A DNA stretch of 64,000 nt, from contig CAVSMY010000011.1 in NCBI GenBank assembly GCA_963729175.1, positions 151,926-215,925 of the forward strand, in the 5' to 3' direction. The notes under the pieces are model-generated. The model was not told the origin of the DNA, ran no database searches, and worked only from the letters and a program-made list of their open reading frames with translations. The stretch is from an uncultured Chloroflexia bacterium (GTDB taxonomy: Bacteria; Chloroflexota; Limnocylindria; Limnocylindrales; CSP1-4). The position numbers and the translations under genes are program-made. Of this stretch, positions 63,389-64,000 are shown one piece after another. How positions within the stretch are numbered: the first letter of the stretch is position 1; the number at the start of each line of letters is the position of its first letter.

Positions 63389-64000
63389 TCAGGGAGCCGG
63401 CACCACGACCTGGAGTGAGGCGGGGCGGACCTCCACCTCGAGCCAGCCCGGCGGCAGCACATCCCCGTCCACCTGGATCGGTTGGGGCGGCGTCGCCTCG
63501 ATCCGGACCGTCCGGACGAGGCGCCGGACGGCGGCGCCGTCGAGGGGGCCCTTGCGGACGAGCACCTCCACCGCGCCTCGGGCGCCGGCGATCGGATCGG
63601 AGCCGCCCAGGACGATCAGGTCGAGCATCCCGTCGTGGGGATCGATCCGCTGTCGCGGGCCGACCCGGCCGGGGATGATGTCGCCGCAGTTCGCGACCAT
63701 CGCCGTGTAGCCGGGCCGGCTGCTCCGGTCGCCATCGGCGACGACGTCCAGATCCGCGACCGTCAGCCGCGTCAGCTCGCGGAGGGCGGCTCCGACATAC
63801 GCACCGAACCGCATCCGACGCTTCCACTCGTGCTCGGCGGCTTCCATGATCCGGGCGTCGGCCCCGATCCCGCAGGCGACCAGGAAGATCCCCTCGCCCG
63901 CCCGCGCCGGGTCGCCAGGGGATCCCCAGGAGACCAGGCCGACGTCGATGCTGCGGGTCCCGCCGTGGCGGATCGCGTCGAGGCTCCGGCCGATCCCGCG
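63389..64000 (-). CDS. Diacylglycerol/lipid kinase family protein (YegS/BmrU-like), C-terminal part; 5' end beyond the window
   Basis: ORF 63389..63847 plus an in-frame extension to 64000: RGIGRSLDAIRHGGTRSIDVGLV...GIFLVACGIGADARIMEAAEHEWKRRMRFGAYV...YTAMVANCG...IQVDGDVL. Confidence 0.75.
   Translation of the reverse strand, partial: RGIGRSLDAIRHGGTRSIDVGLVSWGSPGDPARAGEGIFLVACGIGADARIMEAAEHEWKRRMRFGAYVGAALRELTRLTVADLDVVADGDRSSRPGYTAMVANCGDIIPGRVGPRQRIDPHDGMLDLIVLGGSDPIAGARGAVEVLVRKGPLDGAAVRRLVRTVRIEATPPQPIQVDGDVLPPGWLEVEVRPASLQVVVPAP

Overview
Very GC-rich chromosomal segment of actinobacterial type (by eye 70 percent GC or more, not computed; third codon positions are almost all G/C). I can support about 65 protein-coding loci. 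I found no rRNA, tRNA, CRISPR array, transposase or integrase. Most of the very long ORFs in the six-frame track are antisense or read-through artefacts of the GC content. Real genes were picked by recognisable protein families, GC3, start/stop coupling and Shine-Dalgarno (SD) sites.

Content by region:
- (i) 1-12.2 kb: an ABC ATPase fragment; two aldehyde dehydrogenases with a cupin and an SRPBCC gene; a Hint-domain lipoprotein; a co-directional cluster of methyltransferase, FAD (geranylgeranyl-reductase-type) oxidoreductase, Nudix, SRPBCC and KAS-II; an MFS transporter; deoC.
- (ii) 12.3-18.9 kb: a cupredoxin, an S9 peptidase, a degenerate ATP-dependent DNA-ligase-like gene, a NatAB-like ABC exporter and a DUF971 gene.
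- (iii) 18.9-44.3 kb: a phosphate/polyphosphate supercluster. It holds ppk1, a CYTH-CHAD gene, a tightly coupled five-gene ppx operon with two thymidylate-kinase-like genes, an atypical OmpR regulator, pstSCAB-phoU, sixA, GDPD and EEP phosphoesterases with a PhoR/SenX3-like kinase, proS, and a PhoP/RegX3-like regulator. Three promoters in this region share GTTAAC-N5-GTTAR direct repeats.
- (iv) 44.3-64 kb: gltX with a DtxR-family regulator, a J-domain membrane protein, an asparaginase, upp, an LRR protein, an MFS transporter, F420-type and DUF2255 genes, an alcohol-dehydrogenase remnant, a class V aminotransferase, a NitT/TauT-type ABC importer with a class III aminotransferase, a large membrane/coiled-coil protein and a lipid-kinase fragment.

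About twenty genes are broken by frameshifts, clustered in three blocks. This looks more like assembly indel error than biology, but one sequence cannot decide it. Frameshift positions are approximate, and all family calls rest on motif recognition by eye, not on searches.
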